From: an uncultured virus (IMG/VR IMGVR_UViG_3300037843_000309)
Lineage: Duplodnaviria; Heunggongvirae; Uroviricota; Caudoviricetes
Virus record (IMG/VR): IMGVR_UViG_3300037843_000309
Length of the DNA: 64,000 bases
Reading direction: 5' to 3' (one strand)
Shown here: positions 8,068 through 18,130 of the stretch, piece after piece
Position numbering within the stretch: position 1 is the first letter of the stretch
Layout of the letters: the number at the start of each line of letters is the position of its first letter
Position numbers and translations under genes: made by a program
The notes under the pieces: model-generated
The model's input: the letters and a program-made list of their open reading frames with translations, nothing else
What the model was told of the DNA's origin: nothing
The model's database searches: none

Positions 8068-11000
8068 GTGCCGACCGATACCGCACAGAACCCGATCATC
8101 GACAAGGTTCGCAACGACCCTGAGTTCTATTCGTTGCCCGCTGACGCGCAGCGCCACGTTTGGGGAACCCTCGACCCCGAATTCAAGTCCCTCCCGCTAA
8201 GTGACCAGGACTACGTCCTTCGCCAACTTCAGAGCGATTACTCCACGCGCAGCAGCGCGCGCTCCGCCCTCCTGAAGAAGCAGGGGTACAAACCCGAGCA
8301 AGTCGAAATGCTCATCTCCGGGCGCGACAAGAATGCGCGGCCGGTGGCCCCCGGCGCGAAGCCCAGTGCAGGCCCTGCACCAGCACAGCCTGTCGCGGCG
8401 CATGCGCCCTACATTCCTCCGCCTCCGCCTGTTTCATCCGAACAGCCGTTCCGGATTGGTATGGGGGCTGAGGTTCCTGTCCTTGAGCAGACCTCGCAGG
8501 CGGTACGGCGGGATCAACCAATGATTCCTGCCAGCGAAGCGGTTGCTTCTGCCGGAAAACTCCCCGACTATGCGACTACTCCACTAAAAGCTGTTGTTGG
8601 TATGGGGGGAGGCCTTGCCGACATCGTCAGCACACTCAGTAAACCATCCAATCTAGGGCTCCTAGCCGGAGCCATGATGACACCGTGGACCAGCATTCCG
8701 CGCATCATCAAGATATTGACCTCTCTAGGCTTTTCCTATGTTAATGCCAAGGGTGCGGCTGAAGATTTTGTAAAAGCGTACCAAGCTTACGAGCGTGGGG
8801 ACACACAGGAATTGTCCCGATACGGAACTGCCGGTCTAGTGCAGGCCTTGTTTTCGTATAAGGCCGCCAGTGGAGCCGGAAAAACAACCAAAGAAGCGGT
8901 TGAAGCTGCAAAGCGCGGTGGTGGCGGCGGTGGAGGGAAATCTCCCACCACTCCACCCGGTGGAACCACCCCAATTCTCGACGACATTGTTGCTCAGGAA
9001 GAAGCAAGGCTTCGTTCCGATATTGACAAATTGAAACCAGAAGATCGGTTGCCCGGCATCAACAACATCATCGACCAGACCCAAAAACAGCTTGATGCCG
9101 CAGGGAAGTCTCTGGCGGCCGCCAAATATCGCGCCACCCTGCAAGCAGCAAAGGCTATTGCCGACCAGCTTCTGAAAACCCCCGGGCAATTGAATCCGAA
9201 GGGTGCCGCTGGCAAAGGTGCAGCGGGTGGTGGTGGCGGAGGCGCCGCTCCAAAGGCGGAAGAAACCCCTGAGAAGAAGATCGAGTTTGTCGAAGGCCCC
9301 AACGGAACCTTGCAGATTGTCGAGGTTGAGGTTAAACCCGAAACGGAGGGCGCAAAGACTCCCCCGGGCGCTCCGCCTCCCACGACAAAGACTCCGGTGC
9401 AGGAATTCGACCTCCAAACGCTTGCGGGTCGGCAGCAATTTTTCAACCTGCCACCGGCGCAGGCGGCCAAACTTCCCGATAAGTTCTGGAAAGAGTGGGT
9501 GAAAGGCCAAGTCCCGGGTCATCCCGCGATTGCAGCCGCCACCAAGCTTCGCGAGGAAGCCAAGAAGCCCGCTGGCCCAGCAGGCCCACCCCCGGGCGAA
9601 GCCACACCCGAAGCGATTACCGCCGAGAAGCTCCGCATCTCGACCCTTTTGGATCCCCAAGCGGAAACCAAGGACAGCATCGCCCAGGTACAGGCCATCT
9701 CGAAGCAGGCGCTCACCGACATGGAGAACGCCCGGGCCAAAGGCGACTTCGAGGCGATGGCGAAGCACCAGGCAACCGGGAAAGCGGCAATCGAGGTCAT
9801 TAAGTCCCTGCAAACCCCGGCGGGAAGGCGCAAGCGCGGCGAGAAGCCAAAAACTGAGGCTCCGGCCCCGGCAACCACGCCAACTCCCGAAACGAAGCCT
9901 ACGACCCCTGCTGCGGAAGCGCCAAGGGGTCAGATTTCGACGCAACCGCCCGAGGTGCCACCAACCCCTATACCAGAACCGGCTCCCGCCCCGCCCGAGG
10001 CACCCCCCGAGCGCCGCGGGAAGGGGCGTCCGGACATCGAGGGGATGGCGGATCCCGACCTTCAGGCGTTTGTGACCGGCCTCACGCAGCGCCAGCGCGT
10101 CGGCCCCGCCCTCACCCCCCGGGAAGAGGCGATGCTGGCACAGGGGAAGGCGGAACTGGACAAGCGGGAGAAGGCAGCTCCGCCGGAAGCCCCCGGAATT
10201 GTGTCTCTGCGGGAAAACTCCAAGAAGCACGTTGACGACTTGGCAAAAGAAGGTACGGTCATCCCGTCCAATATCATTGTTGATTCTGTGTGGGGGAGGG
10301 ACAAGAACGGGAAATGGTCGCTTCGGGTATTTGACGAGTCCAGTGACCCGACGTTTGGCCGAGCACTTCCCATTGAAGTTGGCCCCGGCGATGACGTTGC
10401 GGAAATTGTAAAGGCGGCACAGGAAAAACAGCCGAAGGCTCCCTCACCTGCCCCCAGTGCAGGCCCTGCACTGGCTCCGCCCGTCTCACCCGAACCCCCC
10501 GGCGTCTCGCCCAAGCCACCTTCCGTCTCAGGGGGAGGGGGAACCGTCTCACCATTGGCTGACACATCATCTGAGCAGGAACTCCCGGCTCATATACCCG
10601 AAGGGCTACCGCCCACCGGGCCTGCGGCTACCAGTGTGGAAACGAAAGATTCATTGGCTCCGTTTGGCGTTGATGTCGAGGTAAAGTTCCCGCCATCTCA
10701 GGAAACAAGGGGTGGACTCGCTAAAGCGTCACGGAATCCTATCCTGAAAAAGCAGTTCAAGCGGCTTGGAATTACAGGTTTTTCCATCGAAGAACCGTAC
10801 AAATTCGATCTGTCGGAACAGGGGAATATCGAGCGCGGAACGGGTGTTATTCGGTTGAATGCGATAGCTGATGACCCCGAACAGACCCTCGCCCATGAAC
10901 TCGCCCACGACATTTACGAGCGCCTTGACCCGGTGGTACAGGCGCGAATGCGCGACTACATTGAATCCAATCACATCGAAGCGCAACACGCTGGCGGGAT

Positions 11001-14000
11001 GGAAGAGCGCATCGCTGACTATTTCGCTGACGTGATGACGGGGAAGGTTGTCGCTCCGTCGGGGATTGCCGATACGTTTCTTTCGTCTCCACTCAGGCCC
11101 CGCGACAAAAAATCCAAACCCCAGCGCGAAGTGGCCACGCCAGAACCAATTCCAGTTGTGCGGTCATGGGATGAAATCAGGAAGGGTGGCGGGTTCATCA
11201 CGGAATCGGACGATCTTGCGGCAATCACCAAAAAGTATGGCGAACAACCAATCGTCATCAAAGACGTGAACGGGTGGCGGTCGATACTTCCTTCATCCGC
11301 AGCCGCGAAGCTATTAAGCACTTCCGCAGCGGGGTATGTCCGCGCCGTATTCATTCCGGCCGCCACGAATATTGACCCGAAGACGGTGGAAATTGACACG
11401 TCCATACCTGAATTCGGGAAGGCTTTAAAGGAAGCGGCGAAGGCCCTCCCAGCGCATCCCGGTCAAGGCGCTCTCTATTCCGGTTTTGCAGCTTTGGAGA
11501 ACCTCAAGCCACGAGAAACCGTTTCCAACATCATCAAGCAGGGCGTCACCGCAACCGAGTACACTATCCGCATTGGCAAGATGGGGGCGCAAGCCGTCAA
11601 GCAAGCCTTCGACATCGACAAGTACCTGAAATACAAGGGTGAGTTCGGCGGGGACGTGGTTGCCGCCTTCCGCCGCCTCGCCGCCGCACGCAGCTACGCC
11701 CGCTTCTACCGCCCCTTCTGGGAGTTCTTCGGGGGCGGAAACAAACTCACCGAGGAAGAACTCGACCTCACCGGGCGCTACTTCCTGTCGCTCCGCAAGG
11801 CGGAAATGAACGAGCGGGGCATCCCGGCGAATGCCATCCCCGAACTCTCGCCAGAGGATTTGGTTAAGGTCCAATCGAACAAGGCCATCCAGAAGTTCAT
11901 CAAGTTCTACGTCGACAGCATCTACCCCATGGTGGAACAAGACCACATGGAGGCGGGCGTCGAGTGGATGTCGAAGGCGGAGATTTACTTCCCCATCGTG
12001 CGTCGGCGCGTCTCGGAGGATGGCGAAATCGCCTACGCCCCCCTACTGATGCCGTTTGGACTTCCCAAGACGGGCTTCGCGCGCAAGGCCATGGGCGAAG
12101 ACCTGGGGCCCGGGTGGGAACTGGTCACGAACCCCCTCGAAGCGATTGAGGCAGCCGCACAGCGCACCTCACACCTTGCCGCACAGCGCAATCTGGCATC
12201 GACGCTCAAGGGTTCCGGGCGCGCGCTCGTCTCCCACCAGGTTGTACGCCTGTCGCACGCTATCGCGTCGAAAGACCCAGGCTCCGTGCAGCGCGCTATG
12301 AAAGAAATGGGGTTGACCAAGGAGAAGGCGCAGAAGATTTCTCACCTCGTCCAGCGCGGCCACGGCTCGCCGGCGGAAATCGCGGAAGCGCTTCTTGGCG
12401 GATCGACGGTGCAGGTATGGTTTGGGACGCCGATTGACGACTCGAACCGCATCATCGATGGCCACAAGGTCAAGATTGGGTGGATTAAGCTGGGGCGCGA
12501 GATGCGCGACATCTCCCACATGGAGAACGTCTCCCCGGAACTGGCCGAAAAACTCAAGGCCGACGCCTACGAGCGGTTCTTCGAGGAATACGGGCCCAAC
12601 CTCCGCAAGCTGGTGGCGGAGGAGCCGGAAGAAATCCAGCACTTCGTGCGCGCCCCTCTTGGACGTGAATACGTCGACCTCATTTACCCCAAGTGGCAAA
12701 CCTCGCACGATACCGCCCTCAAGGCACTCAAAGGGGACGCCAAGGCGCTTCAGGAGATGCGGTCGGCCGATGTCATGGCGTTCCTGTGGTCAAACATCCG
12801 CAACGTGGCGGTGGGCGCGCGCCTTGCCAGCCCGTCAGCTATCATCTGGCACACCAACCGCCTACTGGGCCTGAGTCTACCGATCGTCGCGGCCAACTCT
12901 CCCAAGGTGGCGCAGAAGGCCGCGGCGGTAATCCCGCTACTCAATCGCTTCAATGCCCTCTACCGAATGAAGGGGATTGCCAAGACCAAGGAAGGCATCG
13001 AGATGTCGAAGCGCCTCGCACGCATCGGTGCGCTCCGCCCCGAAGCCTTCGAGCAGAAGTCGGTCGACGCCTTCCGCCGGATATTCCAAGCCTTCGATAC
13101 GGCGCTGGGTCGGACGGTGGCGGGGATCGCCGGCGGCGTGATGGGGAGTGCATACGGTGGGGGTGGGGCGATTGCCGGCGCGGCGCTTGGCACCATGGCA
13201 CCTCACATCCTCGAATGGCTGGTCAAGATCCTCGACGTCCCGCGGCAATGGATATTCGGGTTCGAGGGACTCGATATGGACGCCCGGGTGTACGCCGGCC
13301 TCTTCGTCGACTGGTGGTACCGCACGCACGACGGGAAGCCCGCCACCGATGACGAACTTGCCACTTTCGCGATGCAGAACTACGGCAACTACATCTCCGC
13401 GATGCAGACGAACGCGGTCAAGTTCCTACGCGAGACAGGCGCTCTCCCGTGGGCATCGTTCCACGCCGGCGCCATCCCGACCGAACTCGCGCACTCGATT
13501 GGCGGCAGTCTGAGAATCCCGAAACGTCCCGCCCCACCCGGTTTGCCTCCTTTCTCCGGCGGTGGTGGAATCCCGAACGAGCCACCTCCGCGCATCCCCT
13601 CCGGACCGGGCGTCAACCAGAAATGGTGGCAGCGGATCGAAACTTGGTGGGTGGCTACACTCGGGTCGCTCCTTGCCGCGGCGGTTCTGAATAAACTCTT
13701 GAATGGCAAATGGTCACACGAAGAGGACGAAGGCCAGCAATTCAAGATCCACATTCCTGTGGGCGACCAGTTGTTGGTCGTGGACGATTCGTTCCTTGCG
13801 CCGGAAACCATGCGGCCGTTCCGCATCTCCGGGGAAAAGGCGCTTACCGAAAGGATTATGGAAGGGGAGAGGGATCCCGACGCTTACATTTCGTCCACCA
13901 TGCGCGATTGGGTCAACTTCACCTTGCAGGAGTCGGCGCAAAGTCCAATATGGAAGCCGGGATTCATCTTCGCCTTCGGCAAAGAGCCGTACCTGCGACA

Positions 14001-14700
14001 GGATTGGTCGCTTGGCTCCGCCGGCGTCGATACAGGCGACCCGCTTCCGCCCCGAGCGCACGCGAAGGCCGCGCTCATCAATACCTGGCCGTTACTCCAA
14101 AGCGCCTTCCCGCGAGGATACAGCAAGGTTCAAGACTTCTACCTCCAAGCAATCCTCGACCAGTTCGGCCAGAGCGGCCGGCTTGTCGACATGGAGGATA
14201 ACGACCGGAATGTCCAGTTCGGTAAGGTCGCTGCGGTGCGGGAAATGGCGAAGGGGGTGGCGCAGGAGATGTTCCACCTGCCCAACGACCAGCGCCGGGC
14301 ACAGTACGATGAGCGGCTTTCGCATGTGCACGCCGACCTCCGGCCAGCCTTTTCCCGGGAAGTGGCTAAGATGCTGGGAGCGTTGTTCTATGGGTTGGCG
14401 GAGGATACCAACGAAACCGACCTCGACGCGAAGATTGCCAGCCGGGAGTCCTACGGACTGTTTCGCCGACTCGCTCGCTACGAAAAGGACTCAGAATCGA
14501 TTCGCAACGACAAGGCATTAACCCACCAGCAGAAGCAGCAGAAGTACCGCGAGAATGACGACAAGATGCAGCGGGACATGGATTTGTTCTTCAAGCAGAC
14601 GGAGGGACTCAGAGCACCTGAGCCTCCGCCAACCGGGGGGAACCCGTTTAACGACCTCATGCACCGCTTGGGGATTGGCCCGCCGGAAGGTAGGATGTAG
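8068..14700 (+). CDS. Giant internal virion/DNA-ejection (polyvalent) protein with zincin motif
   Basis: 2210 aa. Pro/Gly linkers, HELAH...EERIADYF metallopeptidase motif (about 10894-11030), helical C-terminal half. Confidence 0.7.
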   Translation: MPTDTAQNPIIDKVRNDPEFYSLPADAQRHVWGTLDPEFKSLPLSDQDYVLRQLQSDYSTRSSARSALLKKQGYKPEQVEMLISGRDKNARPVAPGAKPSAGPAPAQPVAAHAPYIPPPPPVSSEQPFRIGMGAEVPVLEQTSQAVRRDQPMIPASEAVASAGKLPDYATTPLKAVVGMGGGLADIVSTLSKPSNLGLLAGAMMTPWTSIPRIIKILTSLGFSYVNAKGAAEDFVKAYQAYERGDTQELSRYGTAGLVQALFSYKAASGAGKTTKEAVEAAKRGGGGGGGKSPTTPPGGTTPILDDIVAQEEARLRSDIDKLKPEDRLPGINNIIDQTQKQLDAAGKSLAAAKYRATLQAAKAIADQLLKTPGQLNPKGAAGKGAAGGGGGGAAPKAEETPEKKIEFVEGPNGTLQIVEVEVKPETEGAKTPPGAPPPTTKTPVQEFDLQTLAGRQQFFNLPPAQAAKLPDKFWKEWVKGQVPGHPAIAAATKLREEAKKPAGPAGPPPGEATPEAITAEKLRISTLLDPQAETKDSIAQVQAISKQALTDMENARAKGDFEAMAKHQATGKAAIEVIKSLQTPAGRRKRGEKPKTEAPAPATTPTPETKPTTPAAEAPRGQISTQPPEVPPTPIPEPAPAPPEAPPERRGKGRPDIEGMADPDLQAFVTGLTQRQRVGPALTPREEAMLAQGKAELDKREKAAPPEAPGIVSLRENSKKHVDDLAKEGTVIPSNIIVDSVWGRDKNGKWSLRVFDESSDPTFGRALPIEVGPGDDVAEIVKAAQEKQPKAPSPAPSAGPALAPPVSPEPPGVSPKPPSVSGGGGTVSPLADTSSEQELPAHIPEGLPPTGPAATSVETKDSLAPFGVDVEVKFPPSQETRGGLAKASRNPILKKQFKRLGITGFSIEEPYKFDLSEQGNIERGTGVIRLNAIADDPEQTLAHELAHDIYERLDPVVQARMRDYIESNHIEAQHAGGMEERIADYFADVMTGKVVAPSGIADTFLSSPLRPRDKKSKPQREVATPEPIPVVRSWDEIRKGGGFITESDDLAAITKKYGEQPIVIKDVNGWRSILPSSAAAKLLSTSAAGYVRAVFIPAATNIDPKTVEIDTSIPEFGKALKEAAKALPAHPGQGALYSGFAALENLKPRETVSNIIKQGVTATEYTIRIGKMGAQAVKQAFDIDKYLKYKGEFGGDVVAAFRRLAAARSYARFYRPFWEFFGGGNKLTEEELDLTGRYFLSLRKAEMNERGIPANAIPELSPEDLVKVQSNKAIQKFIKFYVDSIYPMVEQDHMEAGVEWMSKAEIYFPIVRRRVSEDGEIAYAPLLMPFGLPKTGFARKAMGEDLGPGWELVTNPLEAIEAAAQRTSHLAAQRNLASTLKGSGRALVSHQVVRLSHAIASKDPGSVQRAMKEMGLTKEKAQKISHLVQRGHGSPAEIAEALLGGSTVQVWFGTPIDDSNRIIDGHKVKIGWIKLGREMRDISHMENVSPELAEKLKADAYERFFEEYGPNLRKLVAEEPEEIQHFVRAPLGREYVDLIYPKWQTSHDTALKALKGDAKALQEMRSADVMAFLWSNIRNVAVGARLASPSAIIWHTNRLLGLSLPIVAANSPKVAQKAAAVIPLLNRFNALYRMKGIAKTKEGIEMSKRLARIGALRPEAFEQKSVDAFRRIFQAFDTALGRTVAGIAGGVMGSAYGGGGAIAGAALGTMAPHILEWLVKILDVPRQWIFGFEGLDMDARVYAGLFVDWWYRTHDGKPATDDELATFAMQNYGNYISAMQTNAVKFLRETGALPWASFHAGAIPTELAHSIGGSLRIPKRPAPPGLPPFSGGGGIPNEPPPRIPSGPGVNQKWWQRIETWWVATLGSLLAAAVLNKLLNGKWSHEEDEGQQFKIHIPVGDQLLVVDDSFLAPETMRPFRISGEKALTERIMEGERDPDAYISSTMRDWVNFTLQESAQSPIWKPGFIFAFGKEPYLRQDWSLGSAGVDTGDPLPPRAHAKAALINTWPLLQSAFPRGYSKVQDFYLQAILDQFGQSGRLVDMEDNDRNVQFGKVAAVREMAKGVAQEMFHLPNDQRRAQYDERLSHVHADLRPAFSREVAKMLGALFYGLAEDTNETDLDAKIASRESYGLFRRLARYEKDSESIRNDKALTHQQKQQKYRENDDKMQRDMDLFFKQTEGLRAPEPPPTGGNPFNDLMHRLGIGPPEGRM

Positions 14701-14734
14701 CGCCAGTGCAGGCCCTGCACTGGAAAAAATCCAC

Positions 14735-14763
14735 TTGACATCACATTCCAATGATTTTACATT
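14735..14763 (+). promoter_or_regulatory. sigma70-like promoter
   Basis: TTGACA-17 bp-TACATT. Confidence 0.55.
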
Positions 14764-14769
14764 GTGAGA

Positions 14770-14925
14770 ATGAACTGCGTCTTGTGCGGACGGGAAACCG
14801 AGCGGTGGGATGACGAGGGGCGCTGCCCCCTGTGCTCGCCGTACCGGCCTGCCGCGATGGAGTCAGTATACGAGATGCTTCCGCCCCCGGCACCGGTGCC
14901 CGATCCTCAACCCTTGGCGGCATAG
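14770..14925 (+). CDS. Small Zn-finger protein (51 aa), probably leaderless
   Basis: MNCVLCG...RCPLCSP. ATG lies 7 nt after the -10 box. Below the ORF-track length cutoff. Confidence 0.5.
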   Translation: MNCVLCGRETERWDDEGRCPLCSPYRPAAMESVYEMLPPPAPVPDPQPLAA

Positions 14926-14929
14926 ACTT

Positions 14930-15175
14930 CTATACTTTCGGGTTCGTCCGCCTTCTCATCATCATCCAAGCCCTGCGAGCATCCCCCATCCGATGGATCT
15001 TGCTCCTGGTAATGGTTAGTTCAAGCCAATCCATGGGGGCCATCTTTGTCCTACGCTCCCAGAATGGATAGCTCGCCGCCAAGAACGCCACCAGCATGAC
15101 CGTGAACGCTACGTCCGGCATACCTAACAGCCCCGTGGTCGCAAGGCCGATGAGGGTTACGAAGGTGGATTCCAT
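14930..15175 (-). CDS. Small membrane protein
   Basis: Two hydrophobic segments. AGGAG RBS. Confidence 0.45.
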   Translation of the reverse strand: MESTFVTLIGLATTGLLGMPDVAFTVMLVAFLAASYPFWERRTKMAPMDWLELTITRSKIHRMGDARRAWMMMRRRTNPKV

Positions 15176-15449
15176 GCTGGCTCCTGAACTGGTGCGAGGA
15201 TTCGACTATCAATGATGTCCCCAAATCCTTTGACTTGGCCAAGGCATAGGGGGCAAAAGCAACCTTCAAGGTTCTGAGTCTTGCCATCGACAACGGCGAT
15301 AATCCGATGTCCATTACCGCAAGAGAACGCGCCTTCGTTGTCGCTCATTTACTTTTGCCTTTCCCCAGATTCTTGATTTTGAGTCATGTCCTGGCGGCAA
15401 ATGACGTAGGCCCGATGTTCCGCACGGATGCTTCTCTCGCCCCGAGGGG

Positions 15450-15731
15450 CTACTTGGAAAGTTCTTCGTATGGAACAATCTCCCAATCTTCCGAGAGAAT
15501 GTCCGGCTGATTCGCTAACCACCCCGGTTGGTGTTTTCCTTGAGCGTTGAACATGCAAATGCACGGCCCGTATTCACGCCTCTGTACCCGGAAAATTCCC
15601 GCAGCTTTGACGTTTGGAATTTCGTAGGACAACTGATCTTCTAGGTAGATGTGCATATTCTTGCCGTTCCACCCAGCCCTCCGCACACATTTTCCAGCCT
15701 TTAACGCTCTAATCGCATCTCCAAAATCCAT
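15450..15731 (-). CDS. DUF2829-family protein (Tad2-like anti-defence sponge)
   Basis: MDFGDAIRALKAGKCVRRAGWNGKNM...GWLANQPDILSEDWEIV signature. GAGGAGG RBS. Confidence 0.8.
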   Translation of the reverse strand: MDFGDAIRALKAGKCVRRAGWNGKNMHIYLEDQLSYEIPNVKAAGIFRVQRREYGPCICMFNAQGKHQPGWLANQPDILSEDWEIVPYEELSK

Positions 15732-16056
15732 GTTTCCTCCTCTCGCCGTCCGCCCGTCGCGGACTGGCATCTTGCTGAACTGGTGCCGCCTCGCCACAAC
15801 GCCTCTAAGCACCCTATGAGTCCTCGGTGTCGGCTCCGGTGTGCGATATGAGCAGCATCGCGGCTCGGCGGCATAACTTGTGTGGGTTAATTAAACGGCT
15901 CTCGCTACCCCGCCCTCACGAGCCTCGTTAATCTGAGCAAGGCCCCATTGGACTGCACCACTCATAGTTAAACTGAGGAGTAGTCCAACTAGGTAAAGCC
16001 GTGCTCGGAATCTGTTTGTCAAGTGGCTTCACCCCCCTTCCTTCGCTGGTTGCGGC

Positions 16057-16332
16057 TTACTTGCCAAACTTCTCCGCCTCCGCCCGAAGCTGGGAGAGGC
16101 GCTCACAACCCGGGTCGCCCCACCCATCCTCAAAGTTTAGGCACTCATGGCAGACCGCTTGATGCTCTTCAATTCGCGCCCTTACTGCCGCTTCCGCCAT
16201 GCGCTCCTGCATCGAGGCGATAGCGGCATCCCAGCCTATACGTCTTTGCTTTGACCAATGACGGTCTTTAACCGTATAATCTTTGTCCTTGAGATATCGT
16301 TTCTCCCACTCCTCAAAACTCGCCATGTTCAC
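16057..16332 (-). CDS. Hypothetical protein
   Basis: ORF with GAGG RBS after the primase gene. Confidence 0.5.
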   Translation of the reverse strand: MNMASFEEWEKRYLKDKDYTVKDRHWSKQRRIGWDAAIASMQERMAEAAVRARIEEHQAVCHECLNFEDGWGDPGCERLSQLRAEAEKFGK

Positions 16333-16365
16333 CTCATCCTCAGTGCAGGTCCTGCACTGGCTCTG

Positions 16366-18021
16366 CTACGCGAGCCCCCCTCGCGTTCGCGCCTTCTTAA
16401 TCGGCGGATCGTCGACCACGATAACCGTTTCGGGCAGCGTATCGTCGGAACGAATCGAAAAATAGACCCGGTTCGGCGCACTCGCCGCCTTCAACTCGAA
16501 CTCCGCCCAGCGGCTTGGGTCGTCAGTGTTGTCGCTGACCCGATGAAGCCCAATTACCCATTCCACCCATCCGGCAAGTGCGCCGGCGCCGCGGATGCGC
16601 TGCGTCAGACGGCCATTCTTTGCGTCCTTGTTGAAATGGTGAAGAACGCAGATGGAGCATTTTACTTCGGTGCTGATGAGGTTTGCGTGGTCAAGTACCT
16701 TCCGCATTTCCGTGTTGTCGTTCTCGTCGGCGCTGTGCAGGATGTTCAGCACGTCAAGGATCACGAAGTCAGGTTTGAGCGCCTTGAGCGCTGACATCAT
16801 CTCGGCGAGCTGCTCGGGAACATCCAGCTTAAACTGTGGGCTCTGGTCTTTTGAGTTCACGTACAGCCGGTCATCCACCATCGCTTCGGTGGCGTTCCTG
16901 CCCTCAAGGAGCCGGCGCAAGCGCCACTTGGTGAGCGCGGGATTGTCCTCGCGGGTGATGAGAGCCACCTTGGTTTTCTCGTTCACTTGGAATCCCAGCC
17001 ACGGCTGGGCAAGGCAGAGCGCGAGAGCCATGTCCACCGCGAGCCACGACTTTGAACCTTTTGGGTCGGAGACGATGAATCCATTTGCTCCCTTCTGTAC
17101 CAACCCCTCAACAAGCCACTCGATTTCAAGAGAGGCCTTCCGCAAAAATTCGGAGGCCGAGACGATGAGTTCACTCTTTTTGGGAACCCAGAGCGGAGCC
17201 TTTTGGATTTCCTCGATCAAGTCATTCGCCCCGTGCGCTTCGAGGTAATCCGAGATGTCCCCCTTCGGTGGCAGACCCGGTAACTCTACCACCTTCACGC
17301 TTGCGGCGTAATCGTAAACCGAAGCCGCAACGGTCGCCGCATGGTGACGGCCGGGATCGTCAAAGTCGGGAAATATCGCTACGTCCTTGCCGGCGAAGTA
17401 ACGGGAGTAGAGGGGGTCCCAATGCCCGGCGCCGTCAAAGTTGGTCGTCGCCATAATGCGAGAAAACCGTGACTCATCAAGGCTCGAAAGTGCCAGCCGA
17501 TTGACGTTGTCGGCATCCTTTTCGCCCTCCGTCACTATCACTTGATTTGCCGTGATGAGCGCTTGCAGGTTGTACAGTGGCTTCCTCACTTTTCCGAGGT
17601 TGTAAACCCATTCACCGTTCTCTCCAATTTTCCGCTGGCTGAAGCGCTTTCCCGGGAACCGCATCTTCTGGAAAAGCAGTTTCCCATGCTCATCGGTGTA
17701 GGGGTAAATCGCTTCGGGCTCCGTGTCCTGGTCAAGACTTCCAGTAAACTCAAGTCCCAGCGTCTCGTGAATAGCGGCGAGCGCGTCGGTACGAGACAAC
17801 CCCCCGTTGAACTTCTGCTCAAAGTCGATCAATCCGCCTTTTCCGCACCCGGTAAAGCAGTTCCAGACTCCTTTTGATAAATCGATCGAAAGCGATGGTT
17901 TCTTATCCTGGTGGAAGGGACAGCGCACCACCTGCTTGACAGACTCCCCCCGGAACTGCGCGCCGAGGCGCTGCTCGAAATAGTTGCGGATTTCCGCCGG
18001 GGTTAGGTCTGAAATTCTCAT
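16366..18021 (-). CDS. Primase-helicase (CHC2 Zn finger, TOPRIM, AAA_25/RepA-like helicase)
   Basis: CPFHQDKKPS...C..GC; TEGEKD; PDFDDPG; Walker A-like SDPKGSKS; VILD; LHHFNK; RGAGAL. Confidence 0.9.
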   Translation of the reverse strand: MRISDLTPAEIRNYFEQRLGAQFRGESVKQVVRCPFHQDKKPSLSIDLSKGVWNCFTGCGKGGLIDFEQKFNGGLSRTDALAAIHETLGLEFTGSLDQDTEPEAIYPYTDEHGKLLFQKMRFPGKRFSQRKIGENGEWVYNLGKVRKPLYNLQALITANQVIVTEGEKDADNVNRLALSSLDESRFSRIMATTNFDGAGHWDPLYSRYFAGKDVAIFPDFDDPGRHHAATVAASVYDYAASVKVVELPGLPPKGDISDYLEAHGANDLIEEIQKAPLWVPKKSELIVSASEFLRKASLEIEWLVEGLVQKGANGFIVSDPKGSKSWLAVDMALALCLAQPWLGFQVNEKTKVALITREDNPALTKWRLRRLLEGRNATEAMVDDRLYVNSKDQSPQFKLDVPEQLAEMMSALKALKPDFVILDVLNILHSADENDNTEMRKVLDHANLISTEVKCSICVLHHFNKDAKNGRLTQRIRGAGALAGWVEWVIGLHRVSDNTDDPSRWAEFELKAASAPNRVYFSIRSDDTLPETVIVVDDPPIKKARTRGGLA

Positions 18022-18130
18022 GCGCTCCTAATCCACTTCCACTTTTTGAATACCCACTGGACAAAATTAAACCGCAAGTCTGACCACGTTCCGCTAATTC
18101 CAAGGCGAACCAAAACTGTCTTGACCTTAC

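Noticed and set aside
8836..10230. Long antisense ORFs (464 aa here; also 54220-55410, 56771-57904, 20797-21759)
   Set aside because: Shadow ORFs opposite well-supported GC-rich genes, with no recognisable motifs.
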